Shown here: piece by piece, positions 46,285-54,577 of the stretch
Position numbering within the stretch: position 1 is the stretch's first letter
Layout of the letters: the number at the start of each line of letters is the position of its first letter
DNA from: an uncultured bacterium
Lineage (GTDB): Bacteria; Latescibacterota; MWCZ01
Assembly: GCA_964510105.1 (NCBI GenBank)
Contig: CAZEAI010000001.1
Location: 6,200 to 70,199, forward strand
DNA: 64,000 nucleotides
Reading direction: 5' to 3'
Notes under the pieces: generated by a model
What the model was told of the DNA's origin: nothing
The model's database searches: none
The model's input: only the letters and a program-made list of their open reading frames with translations
Position numbers and translations under genes: made by a program

Positions 46285-48372
46285 GTGCGGCCACGTACGT
46301 ACCTGCTGACGGGCGGGGGCACCGGCGGACACGTCACGCCCGGCGTGGCCGTGGCCGGCGAGCTATCTCGTCGCGACCCGGATGCGCGCATCGTCTGGAT
46401 CGGCACACGCACCGGCAAGGAGGCGGAGATCGTGCCCCGGTACGGGTTCGAGCTTGCGTTCGTGCCGGCGCGCCAGTATGTCTTCCGCCGTCCGTGGCAC
46501 GCCATCCGGTTCGCAGTGACGCTCGGCATCGGCGTATTGAAGAGCATGTGGCTGCTGCTACGGATCCGTCCCGACATCGTCATCGGCATGGGTGGTTATG
46601 TCGCCGCTCCGACGGTATTCGCGAACCTCGCCCTGCGCCGCCTTCGCCTCTCCAACGCAGCCACGGTCATCCACGAACAGAACACCGCGCCGGGGCGACT
46701 GAACGCCGCAGTGGGGGATCTGGCCGATGTTGTGCTGGTGAGCTTCCCGTGTGCTCAGAGAGGATTCTCGCGGACCGCGTACGTCGGCTACCCTGTGCGC
46801 CCGGAGATTCGACCGCTCGACCGAGCCGAGGCGCGCGACAGGCTGGGCATTCAGCGCGATGCACGCCTCGTCTTCGCCGTTGGCGGATCGATGGGGGCGC
46901 GAACCATCAACCGCGCAATGATAGCAGCGCTACCGGCCCTGCATCGTGCAGGCTATGTAGGCGTGGTCCACGGCACCGGACGCAAGCTGACCGCGTACGA
47001 TCCTGTCTCCGACTGCCGCGAACGTCTCGCGGAGACCGGACTGACCGAGGAGGACCTCGACGGCTGGTATGAACCGCACGAGTTCATCGATGGGATGGCC
47101 GACTACTACGCCGCGGCGGATCTCGTGGTGGCTCGCGCCGGAGCCGGCACTGTTGCGGAGCTATGCGCGAGCGGACGGCCGTCGCTCCTCATACCGAAGT
47201 CGAACCTCTCAGGCGACCACCAGGTCATGAACGCGCTCGAACTGGTCCACGCGGGTGCGGCGGACGTTGTGTACGAAGACACCCGCACTGTCGACGGCGC
47301 GACCGAGGAGTTCGTGAGCGGCGACGAGCTTGCGAGCCGGATACTCGCCCTACTCGACGACACGAGCCGGATCTCCCGGATGGCGGCAGCCGCGGCGGCG
47401 CTCGCCACGCCGGATGCGGTAGCGGCAACGGCGGATATCGCGGAACGCATGGCAGCAGGCAACGGCTCGACCGACATCGCTGACCTGGGCCTCGCCGAAC
47501 GAGAGTCGAGAACAAGCCGGTACGCCGAGTTCGCCTGCCGATCCGGTGAGGGGCTGCGCGCACGCGCAGACCGGCTTGTGCAGGAGGCAGAGCAGCGCCT
47601 TACGACGCCGACCGGCGATGTGCGCGCACGCGAGGCGGAGCTTGCTGAACTCCTCTGCGCCGATGACGTTGTCAGGTATCTCCGGTATCGCGCGGTGGGC
47701 ATGCTGGCCAGCGACGCCTGGAGAGAGCGAAACGCCGGGGTGAAGCTCGCCGGTATCCTGCGGCTGCACGAGAGACTGCCATTGCTGGTACGGATGCTTA
47801 CCGACCGGACGCCCACCTCGTGGCTGAAGCGGAAGCTCGGCGCCGACTTCGTGCAGAACGGATTCATCCGGCGCAATATCACCGATTCCATCGCCAGGAT
47901 CGGCAAGTTCGACGAAGACGTGCGGGCCGCCCTCATCGCGGCGCTGGACGACCCGTACTTCGAGGTGCGGTCACACGCCGCACGCTCATGCCTGAAGCTC
48001 TGCGATCTCATCGGCGGTGACATCGAGATCGAGAAGAGCCTGGTCGAGAACAGTCGCGACCGGTCGTTCGAAGTGGTGCTGGAATCCGCCGCCGCGCTGG
48101 GAGGGTGCGCAGCGAGCGCCGCCGCCGTCGAATGTCTGTACGAACTGCTCAGCCACGATAGCTGGCGGATACGGGAGGCGGCACTCGGGGCACTGGACCT
48201 CGTGTACACGCGCGATCCCGCCCTCGTGGAGATCGACAGTCTGCGGGAACATCTCCGGGAGGTCATGGTCGTCAGCACAGGGTTTGCGCCGACGTTCGCG
48301 CTGAAACAGACCATCGGCCGGCTCGGCGCGCGAGTCGAGGCCGGACGGACGCGAGGCGGGGAGGGTCTGTAG
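46285..48372 (+). CDS. murG: MurG glycosyltransferase fused to C-terminal HEAT-repeat region
   Basis: GTG after GGAGGAGG; 'GGGTGGHVTPG', 'HEQN', 'GGSMGA', 'RAGAGTVAE', 'DHQVMNA'; tail with 'LDDPYFEVRSHAA', 'DRSFEVVLESAAALG', 'HDSWRIREAALGAL'. Confidence 0.88.
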   Translation: MRPRTYLLTGGGTGGHVTPGVAVAGELSRRDPDARIVWIGTRTGKEAEIVPRYGFELAFVPARQYVFRRPWHAIRFAVTLGIGVLKSMWLLLRIRPDIVIGMGGYVAAPTVFANLALRRLRLSNAATVIHEQNTAPGRLNAAVGDLADVVLVSFPCAQRGFSRTAYVGYPVRPEIRPLDRAEARDRLGIQRDARLVFAVGGSMGARTINRAMIAALPALHRAGYVGVVHGTGRKLTAYDPVSDCRERLAETGLTEEDLDGWYEPHEFIDGMADYYAAADLVVARAGAGTVAELCASGRPSLLIPKSNLSGDHQVMNALELVHAGAADVVYEDTRTVDGATEEFVSGDELASRILALLDDTSRISRMAAAAAALATPDAVAATADIAERMAAGNGSTDIADLGLAERESRTSRYAEFACRSGEGLRARADRLVQEAEQRLTTPTGDVRAREAELAELLCADDVVRYLRYRAVGMLASDAWRERNAGVKLAGILRLHERLPLLVRMLTDRTPTSWLKRKLGADFVQNGFIRRNITDSIARIGKFDEDVRAALIAALDDPYFEVRSHAARSCLKLCDLIGGDIEIEKSLVENSRDRSFEVVLESAAALGGCAASAAAVECLYELLSHDSWRIREAALGALDLVYTRDPALVEIDSLREHLREVMVVSTGFAPTFALKQTIGRLGARVEAGRTRGGEGL

Positions 48373-49509
48373 ATGTTCCACCTACTGGGTCAATACCTCG
48401 GCGCCATTGTCGACGCGGGTGTCCTGCCGGCTGAGCAGTACGAGCTGTTCGCCCGCCTGCTGGGATACATATCGACGCGGGCGATCGCGGCGTTGCTAAC
48501 ATCGTTCGTCGTAACGATGCTCGTCGGCGGACGGGCTATTCGATGGCTGCACCGCCATCACATGCGCGACCGCGTGAAGGAATTCGGCGCGCTCTCCGCG
48601 ACAGATAAGCGTGGCACTCCGACGATGGGCGGTATCGTCATCATAGCGGCCACGGTTTTGCCGACGCTTCTCTGGTGCGACCTCACGAATCGCTTTGTCC
48701 ACATCGCGCTGGCGGCCATCGTGTGGTTCGGCATCCTCGGCGCCATCGACGACTATCTGAAAATCAACCCGGTTCGCAGTCGTCGCGGCCTGAGGCCGCT
48801 GCACAAGCTCATCCTGCAGGGGCTGTTCGCGCTGATACTCGCGGCGATCTACCTCTCGCCGGAGACCTCGCCTGTACCGCCCGACATGGCCAGCGACTGG
48901 TTCGTGCCTTTCTACAAGCACGCGGTGTTCGACGACGTGGGCTGGTGGTATCTGCCGTACATCGTATTCGTCGTACTACTCATCTCGAACTCGGTGAATC
49001 TCACGGACGGGATGGACGGCCTCGCCATCATGCCGGCGAACTTCGCCGTGGTCGTCTACGGCATCGTCGCGTACGTCATCGGTAATGCAGTATTCGCGCG
49101 GTACCTGCAATTCGGATACGTCTCCGGCTCCGGAGAGCTACTGATCTTCTGCTCCGCGCTGTTCGGGGCAGGCATGGGGTTCCTGTGGTACAACGCGTAT
49201 CCCGCGCAGGTCATCATGGGAGACACCGGCTCCATGGCGCTTGGAGGCGTGCTGGCGACGCTGGCGATCATGCTGAAGCAGGAGGTGCTCTTCGTGATCG
49301 TCGGCGGGGTCTTCATCGCCGAAGCACTCAGCTCGCTCATCCAGGAGAAGATCGGCGAGAACTTCCTCGGGCGGCGGATCTTCTACCGGGCGCCGCTGCA
49401 CCATCAGATGGAGTATCTCGGTCTCGCCGAGACGAAAGTCGTCATCCGAATGTGGATCATCGCCGGGATACTGGCGATGGTGGGGCTGGCATCGCTCAAG
49501 CTTCGGTGA
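48373..49509 (+). CDS. mraY: Phospho-N-acetylmuramoyl-pentapeptide transferase
   Basis: 'KRGTPTMGG', 'GAIDDYLK', 'NSVNLTDGMDGL', 'YNAYPAQVIMGDTGS', 'APLHH'. Confidence 0.95.
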   Translation: MFHLLGQYLGAIVDAGVLPAEQYELFARLLGYISTRAIAALLTSFVVTMLVGGRAIRWLHRHHMRDRVKEFGALSATDKRGTPTMGGIVIIAATVLPTLLWCDLTNRFVHIALAAIVWFGILGAIDDYLKINPVRSRRGLRPLHKLILQGLFALILAAIYLSPETSPVPPDMASDWFVPFYKHAVFDDVGWWYLPYIVFVVLLISNSVNLTDGMDGLAIMPANFAVVVYGIVAYVIGNAVFARYLQFGYVSGSGELLIFCSALFGAGMGFLWYNAYPAQVIMGDTGSMALGGVLATLAIMLKQEVLFVIVGGVFIAEALSSLIQEKIGENFLGRRIFYRAPLHHQMEYLGLAETKVVIRMWIIAGILAMVGLASLKLR

Positions 49510-49518
49510 TGCGCGGCT

Positions 49519-50652
49519 TCACTCGTCGACGGGTCCGCCGCTCGCATCCACAATCGCGCGGACGCGCTCGACGCTTTCCGCGCTGCGTTGCGTGATGTCA
49601 TGTCGCGACAACCGTATGGACTCCCAACCATCCGGTGTGCCCTCCGCGGTCGGCGCATCCACAAGGACCGTGCGAGACATGGTGCGCGACGCGATATCCA
49701 CCTGAATGCTCGCCCGTCGGCAGAAGAGCGCGTAGTCCGCCAGGTGGTAGGCGTTCGTTCCTCGTATGTGATACGCCCGCTCCGGACGAAGACTGGCCTC
49801 GGTGAGGTGACCGTAAAACGCCTGCTCATCGTCGTCGCCAACGACGAGATCGTTCACCTCGTGCGCGGCCTCGAATCGCTGCCATGTGGTGGGAAGCAGG
49901 ACGAAACGAGGGCGCTTCCGCCCATCGATCGGCGCCGGACGCTTCTGCAACTCGTCGATGTGGATGCGGACGTAGTCCTCCAACGCTCGAGGATGTCGCG
50001 GCTGATCCGGGAATATCTCTATGCGCGGGATGACATCGGCGTGCCAGGCGCGCGCGTAATGCGTGATGGTGCCCGCGTCGCCCCCGAACGCCCGACCGAA
50101 ATAGAACGCGACGTATCCCGGCGTCTGCCAGTCGCGCACCATCTTGACGGGTATTCGGTACCACCGCTCCAGTCTCGCTATCTCGAAGTCGCGCGCGGTC
50201 GGCACCACGCCGACAAGCACGTCATCCCGCTGGGATGGTGGCAACGGATCGTCGGAGAACAGGTCATCGAAGGTCGGCGCGGCGGTGAGCCGCCAGAGCG
50301 TCGTCCGGGACCAGATCAGGCGGCGACCACGATCGGGAACGAGTGGCCGGGCCAGCCGAATGGGAGGATCGAAGGCGATGGCGTAATAGTGTTCTTCCGC
50401 CCGTGGGTGGTCGGTCTCGCCCGGGAACAGATCGACACGCCGCACAATCTCGACGTTGCGCACACGAGCGTAGTAGCGAACTCCGCGCTGGCTCTCTCCG
50501 AACGACCGCGGCAGGTAGAAGGCGATCCAGTTCGCGGCGATCTCCGGTGGGCCGTGCTTTACCGGGAGCCGGTACCAATGCCGATCCCGCACGATGCCCC
50601 AGTCGCGCCGGGACGGCACGAGGACGACTATGGCGGGTTCATGCGGCTGCAT
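49519..50652 (-). CDS. Tandem EVE/PUA-like domains + degenerate DUF559 (Vsr-like) domain
   Basis: Internal duplication aa ~7-132 / ~144-270 (WYRLP/WYRIP, IAFY/VAFY, YYAR/HYAR, FP..HPRA); C-terminal 'EQAFY..ERAYHI..ADYA..GWESIRL'. Confidence 0.65.
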   Translation of the reverse strand: MQPHEPAIVVLVPSRRDWGIVRDRHWYRLPVKHGPPEIAANWIAFYLPRSFGESQRGVRYYARVRNVEIVRRVDLFPGETDHPRAEEHYYAIAFDPPIRLARPLVPDRGRRLIWSRTTLWRLTAAPTFDDLFSDDPLPPSQRDDVLVGVVPTARDFEIARLERWYRIPVKMVRDWQTPGYVAFYFGRAFGGDAGTITHYARAWHADVIPRIEIFPDQPRHPRALEDYVRIHIDELQKRPAPIDGRKRPRFVLLPTTWQRFEAAHEVNDLVVGDDDEQAFYGHLTEASLRPERAYHIRGTNAYHLADYALFCRRASIQVDIASRTMSRTVLVDAPTAEGTPDGWESIRLSRHDITQRSAESVERVRAIVDASGGPVDE

Positions 50653-50682
50653 TCCATCCCCTGCGGAATACCGGACTGCCGG

Positions 50683-51831
50683 CTAGATGTAGTTGAGGCC
50701 GGGTAAGAGCCACGGAAGTGGTAGTGCCAGGCGCCAGGCGGCAACAACGTCGGCGAGGCCCTCCAACGTCTCCGCGGCATCCGCGAAGAGCACGGCGTTG
50801 AGCTGTTCCAGATCGGCGATACGCAGCACCTCACCGCCCAGCCGGAGTTCCCACGTATCCGCATCACGACACGCGACCGACATGGCGTTGGCGCATTCCG
50901 CGCCACAGCGCTCCGTAAGCCAGGGCCGGTATCGATGAAGGATGTCCTCATTCAGAATCGACATCCGATGGCCGGCGAGCAGCCCGGGCGCCATCGAGGC
51001 GCCAAGGTCGCGAAGTCGCGCGAGCATCTCCGTATCCTGCGGCAACAGCGGCCCGGCGAGCGTATGAACGTCGTATTGCGCCGCGAGCTTCAGCATCGCG
51101 TCCGCCGCCGCCCATCGTGCACCGGAGAACTCCACGACCTGCGCTACGTGCGGATTGTCGGTGCCGCCGAATTGTAGCACAACCGTCGCGACTACTTCGC
51201 CTCCCGCCTCCACGAGCCAGCAGCGTTTCACCCCGGCGGGCTCCGGCATCGCGGGATGAGCCAGCCGACACACGCTCAGGAAGCCCGCCCAGTCCGACGG
51301 TGATCGAGCGTATCGGACGGGTTCGCGCTGGTGGACGGCGATGAGGTCCGGAATGTCGGTGTCCGCCGCCGGGCGCACGGAGACTGAGTCACCCCCGGCC
51401 CTTGCGTTGGGGACATCGAGGGAGAATCTCACCTCGTGCCCGCCGATTGCGCATCCGGCGCGCTGGTAGAGCCCACGCTGGCCGGAAATCAGCATGACAT
51501 CCGCCCCGCTCTCACGCGCTGTGGCGAACGAGTCCTCCAGCAAGACGGTTGCCAGACCACGTCCACGGTGCGACTCGTACGTGCAGACCGCGCCAAGCGA
51601 AGCAACCGAGAGCGTGTTCCCCAGCACGACCACGTCTCGCGTCTGGAACGTGATCGCGGAAACGATCTCCCCGTCATCCACCATCACGCGGATGCTTTCC
51701 AGGTTGCTCTCACACAGCAGCGTGGGGAACTCGTCGCACATCGATGTACCCACGCCCGACCGGAACACAGTGTCCTCGACTCGTTTCAGGCTAACGAGTT
51801 CGTCCGAGCGGCATGCACGTGGTCCATCCAT
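50683..51831 (-). CDS. GNAT family acetyltransferase (Eis-like)
   Basis: 'LGAVCTYESHRGRGLATVLL', 'ISGQRGLYQRAG'. Confidence 0.85.
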   Translation of the reverse strand: MDGPRACRSDELVSLKRVEDTVFRSGVGTSMCDEFPTLLCESNLESIRVMVDDGEIVSAITFQTRDVVVLGNTLSVASLGAVCTYESHRGRGLATVLLEDSFATARESGADVMLISGQRGLYQRAGCAIGGHEVRFSLDVPNARAGGDSVSVRPAADTDIPDLIAVHQREPVRYARSPSDWAGFLSVCRLAHPAMPEPAGVKRCWLVEAGGEVVATVVLQFGGTDNPHVAQVVEFSGARWAAADAMLKLAAQYDVHTLAGPLLPQDTEMLARLRDLGASMAPGLLAGHRMSILNEDILHRYRPWLTERCGAECANAMSVACRDADTWELRLGGEVLRIADLEQLNAVLFADAAETLEGLADVVAAWRLALPLPWLLPGLNYI

Positions 51832-51930
51832 CTCGCCAATCCTGTCGGTACAGTGTCGTACAACGCTCGCGCTCCGCGCGACCTGGGAACCAGATCAATG
51901 TATGGCGTCGCGCCCGGCCCAACCAAGGGA

Positions 51931-52130
51931 GGAGTCGCCCCTTTGCGTGTACACGCGAGCCGGGGTAGTATTCTATGGTCCGGATGGAAGGCCGCGTCGG
52001 CCGATGGGTATCGCACGGGCGAGCCGATTCCGGCCCGGCGCGAAGCCATGTCATCGAGGTGGTGCGGTGCGCTCCACGCTTCTGCGCGCCAGTGCCGCCG
52101 GACGAACGGACTCGTGAAAGGGACGACTCC
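51931..52130. other. 200-bp element bounded by a 14-bp inverted repeat; candidate structured leader
   Basis: GGAGTCGCCCCTTT (51931-51944) / AAAGGGACGACTCC (52117-52130), one mismatch; inner GTCCGG/CCGGAC; TTGCGT-17-TAGTAT promoter-like motif inside. Confidence 0.35.
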
Positions 52131-52134
52131 AACG

Positions 52135-53793
52135 ATGTCTGAGCAGGCTACACCGTTCGCGCTTCGTGGGTGGGGGATCCGCGTATGGGACTCTCCCGAG
52201 CGGTTCGAGACGGCGGTTGATCGAGCACTCGTCGAAGCCGACAGACACGGTGTGAACATGCTCGATCTGCACGACGGGAGCGTGCCTCCCGGCATCGGCT
52301 GGGTCGACCTGTTCGCTCAGTATCGCCAGGTGCAGGCCCTGCGCAACCTCGATTCGCTTACGTACTCCGGGCAGGCGCTTGGAAGCAGCGAGCGCGCCGA
52401 GCATCAAGAGCGTTTCCGAGATATGTGCCGAAGAATCAAAGCGCAGGGGTTGCGGATACACGTCTGGTATCACGTGCTGCGCGATCTTCCGGAGGAATGG
52501 ATCGAAGCGGAGCCGACGCTCTCAAAGCTGGAGGGTCGGCGTCTCTGGCAGGTTCTCGGCGGAATGGTCGAGGACTTTTTCTCGGCGGTGCCAGAAGTGG
52601 ACGCGCTCACGGTTACAGCCCAGCAGGCTCTGGCGGAGACCGTACGCGACGCGAGCAGCGTCACGTACGGCGAGCGGCTGCGCGCCACCTATCAGTGCTT
52701 GTATGAGGCGTGCAAGAGGCACCGCAAGCAACTGATCGTGAGAGAGGTCGGCGCAACCCGGCAGGAGAAGGACGCTTTCATCTACGCCGTCGGACCGCTG
52801 CCGCCCGACATCACCATCATGGTGAAGGACGTCCAGGGCGACTGGTATCACCTGAATGCCCCGCTCAACCCGGTTCTCCACCAGCTCAAGGGCAAGAACA
52901 TCATCGTGGAGAGCGACCTGTACGGCGAGCATTGGGGCCACCTGCAGGTGCCGCTCTGCCGGCCGGGGCAGCTTCACGCGCTGATTCGTTCGTGGCTACA
53001 CCTGCCAATTGTCGGCGCGATCGGCAGGATCAAGGTCGTTCAGCAGACCGATTCGCCGCGCATCCACGTCTTCGATACGCCGAACGCCGCAAACGTCGCG
53101 ACGTTCTACCACCTGCTTCGCGAGCCCATGCCGGAATCCGACCTGGATACCGCCAACCTCGACGCATTCGACCTCCGGATCTGGCTGAACTGGCTCCACA
53201 CGCAGTACGGCGAGGATGCCAGCCCCTACGTGATCGCCGCGCTGGACCGCACTCCGCGCATCTGTCAGCGGGTCTTCTATCTCGGTGGCGCCTACTTTCA
53301 GAATCGAAGTCACCTCCCCTCGCCGAGCGTGTTCGAGCGGAGCCTCTGGCCCACGTTCACGCGCCAGGCGAAGAGCCTCGGCACGGACGTCCTTCGGTGG
53401 GAGAAGGAGGTAGCCCTCAGGCTCGTGCGGCAGTCGCTGCGCGATATCGAAATCGCGGGACCGACGCTCGACAGCGAAGGCTATGACGGGCTGCTCCAGA
53501 GCTTCGAGCAGGCGCGGGACGTGGCACTGGCCTATCGCGCGTTCATCGACCTGTGCATTGGGCGGACGAAGCCGGAGCAGATGCCGGTCGCCGTGCGCGA
53601 GGCGGAGGAACTCGCGACGCGTGTGGAGGCCGCGCGGGGCGAAGAGTTCTTCGGTTACCTCCCTGAACGGCTGCGCCAGCTCTCCAAGTACATGGAAGAC
53701 ATCACCCGGGGGACGGAGCCCGCGGAGGCCGCCCCCCCCGCCGAGCCGTACGACGACGGCCCTGTGAACATCGACGGCTTGGCGCCGCAGTAG
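52135..53793 (+). CDS. Hypothetical protein (possible TIM-barrel glycoside-hydrolase-like)
   Basis: 552 aa; 'FFSAVPEVDALTV', 'LIVRE', 'IMVKDVQGDW', 'IVESDLYGEHWG'. Confidence 0.6.
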   Translation: MSEQATPFALRGWGIRVWDSPERFETAVDRALVEADRHGVNMLDLHDGSVPPGIGWVDLFAQYRQVQALRNLDSLTYSGQALGSSERAEHQERFRDMCRRIKAQGLRIHVWYHVLRDLPEEWIEAEPTLSKLEGRRLWQVLGGMVEDFFSAVPEVDALTVTAQQALAETVRDASSVTYGERLRATYQCLYEACKRHRKQLIVREVGATRQEKDAFIYAVGPLPPDITIMVKDVQGDWYHLNAPLNPVLHQLKGKNIIVESDLYGEHWGHLQVPLCRPGQLHALIRSWLHLPIVGAIGRIKVVQQTDSPRIHVFDTPNAANVATFYHLLREPMPESDLDTANLDAFDLRIWLNWLHTQYGEDASPYVIAALDRTPRICQRVFYLGGAYFQNRSHLPSPSVFERSLWPTFTRQAKSLGTDVLRWEKEVALRLVRQSLRDIEIAGPTLDSEGYDGLLQSFEQARDVALAYRAFIDLCIGRTKPEQMPVAVREAEELATRVEAARGEEFFGYLPERLRQLSKYMEDITRGTEPAEAAPPAEPYDDGPVNIDGLAPQ

Positions 53794-53859
53794 GAACCGT
53801 CCGAGGCAGACCCGAATGCATCGGTGCCACGCGCCCACCCTCCCGTGGAGGAGGTCGCT

Positions 53860-54573
53860 GTGACAGCGGCGTCACTCGATACCATCGCACGTTCAGCGGA
53901 ACGCGTCGCACGGATAGATCGCGTGCTCGCGGAGACGCAGGGCCACCCGCGCGTCGTGCCCGGCGGCGATCCACTGAACGTGCTCATCGAGACGATCCTC
54001 TCCCAGAGTACGAGCGACACGAACCGGGAACGCGCGTACGCATCGCTCCGTGAACGCTTTCCGACCTGGCAGGATGCACTCGACGCCGGCCCCGAAGCCA
54101 TCGAGGACGCGATCCGATCCGGCGGCCTTGCCCGACAGAAGAGCGCCCGCATCCATGACCTGCTCGCCCGGCTGAAACGGGAGCGCGGCGCGCTGGATCT
54201 GAGCGATCTCTGTGCATCCACGGACGATGAAGCGTTCAGCTATCTCCGTACGTTCGACGGCGTCGGCACGAAGACTATCGCGATCATCTTGATGTTCGTC
54301 TGCGGCCGCGACCTCTGCGCGGTGGACACCCATGTCCACAGGTTGTGCCGACGGCTCGGCATCGTGGACCCTCGCACGGGCGCGGCCCGCGCCCACGAGG
54401 AGCTGCAGCCCCTCATCCCCGAGGGCCGTGCGGCCAGCCTGCATATTAACCTCATCAGATTCGGACGCGAGCGATGCACAGCACGGAACCCGCTGTGCGA
54501 CGGCTGTCCGCTGCACGATGTCTGCCGGTATGATCCCGTGACCGGGACGATACAGCGCGTCGAAAACGAGTAG
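53860..54573 (+). CDS. nth: Endonuclease III family (HhH-GPD) DNA glycosylase
   Basis: 'TILSQST', HhH 'GVGTKT', 'VDTHVHR', 4Fe-4S 'CTARNPLCDGCPLHDVC'. Confidence 0.85.
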   Translation: MTAASLDTIARSAERVARIDRVLAETQGHPRVVPGGDPLNVLIETILSQSTSDTNRERAYASLRERFPTWQDALDAGPEAIEDAIRSGGLARQKSARIHDLLARLKRERGALDLSDLCASTDDEAFSYLRTFDGVGTKTIAIILMFVCGRDLCAVDTHVHRLCRRLGIVDPRTGAARAHEELQPLIPEGRAASLHINLIRFGRERCTARNPLCDGCPLHDVCRYDPVTGTIQRVENE

Positions 54574-54577
54574 CCCA

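Noticed and set aside
51976-51992. GGTCCGGATGGAAG resembling the FMN riboswitch 3' segment
   Set aside because: Upstream FMN core motifs (AGGGCGGGGTGAAATTCCC, AGCCCGCG) are absent and the downstream gene is not riboflavin-related.
51436-52134. Long N-terminal extensions in the ORF track (also 10600-12279, 41363, 43401, 26550)
   Set aside because: They overlap neighbouring genes or leaders; downstream starts with RBS and family-typical N-termini fit better.
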